Shown: piece after piece, positions 33,797 to 33,941 of the stretch
Numbering within the stretch: the stretch's first letter is position 1
Layout of the letters: each line of letters starts with the position of its first letter
Origin: Pelomyxa schiedti
Taxonomy: Eukaryota; Protista; Evosea
Assembly: GCA_020536535.1 (NCBI GenBank)
Contig: JAHLWZ010000471.1
Location: 1-33,941 of the forward strand
Length of the DNA: 33,941 bases
Direction of reading: 5' to 3'
Translations under genes and position numbers: made by a program
The notes under the pieces: model-generated
Told to the model about the DNA's origin: nothing
Databases searched by the model: none
Seen by the model: the letters and a program-made list of their open reading frames with translations, nothing else

Positions 33797-33941
33797 ATGG
33801 CAGCAACCGAAGGCACTCCGGCCACTCCGTCCGATATGCCAAAGTGCGTGACCGAGGAGAGGTACTTCGGGCCGCCGTGCCCACCGACGCCCACGGGAGG
33901 CGAGCCCTGCGCGCTGACGATCTCGGCCGACATGGGCGTGT
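33797..33941 (+). CDS. Metzincin protease copy B' (runs off the window end)
   Basis: MAATEGTPATPSDMPKCVTEERYFGPPCPP.., essentially identical to 6441-6585. Confidence 0.85.
   Translation, partial: MAATEGTPATPSDMPKCVTEERYFGPPCPPTPTGGEPCALTISADMGV

Overview
Gene-dense, intron-rich eukaryotic DNA with many short GT-AG introns (mostly about 40-100 nt) and several microexons, so the ORF track shows only fragments. I spliced the genes by eye. The gene style, especially the intronless 'QFxAL..HPRCG' family, suggests an amoebozoan, probably an archamoeba such as Pelomyxa (inference only). In order, the window holds: a cluster of palindromes; a decayed Roco (ROC-COR) remnant; a membrane protein; a prokaryote-type cysteate synthase with 6 introns; a tandem pair of metzincin proteases; an intronless lineage-specific gene; a membrane-anchored calponin-homology protein; a Rab with a Rab24-like GSERF motif; a secreted TIM-barrel glycosidase-like protein that appears circularly permuted; a 2-TM protein; a signal-peptide-bearing 2H phosphoesterase; an LRR-Ras fusion; a cAMP-receptor-like GPCR; an atypical galactokinase-family kinase; a PP2C-like phosphatase; and a large reelin-like/~14xIPT-TIG/bacterial-Ig surface receptor. 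A 100-N gap is followed by a near-identical second copy of the metzincin pair. The best leads are the eukaryotic cysteate synthase, the circularly permuted TIM barrel and the secreted 2H phosphoesterase. No database searches were run; family calls rest on motifs I recognise.
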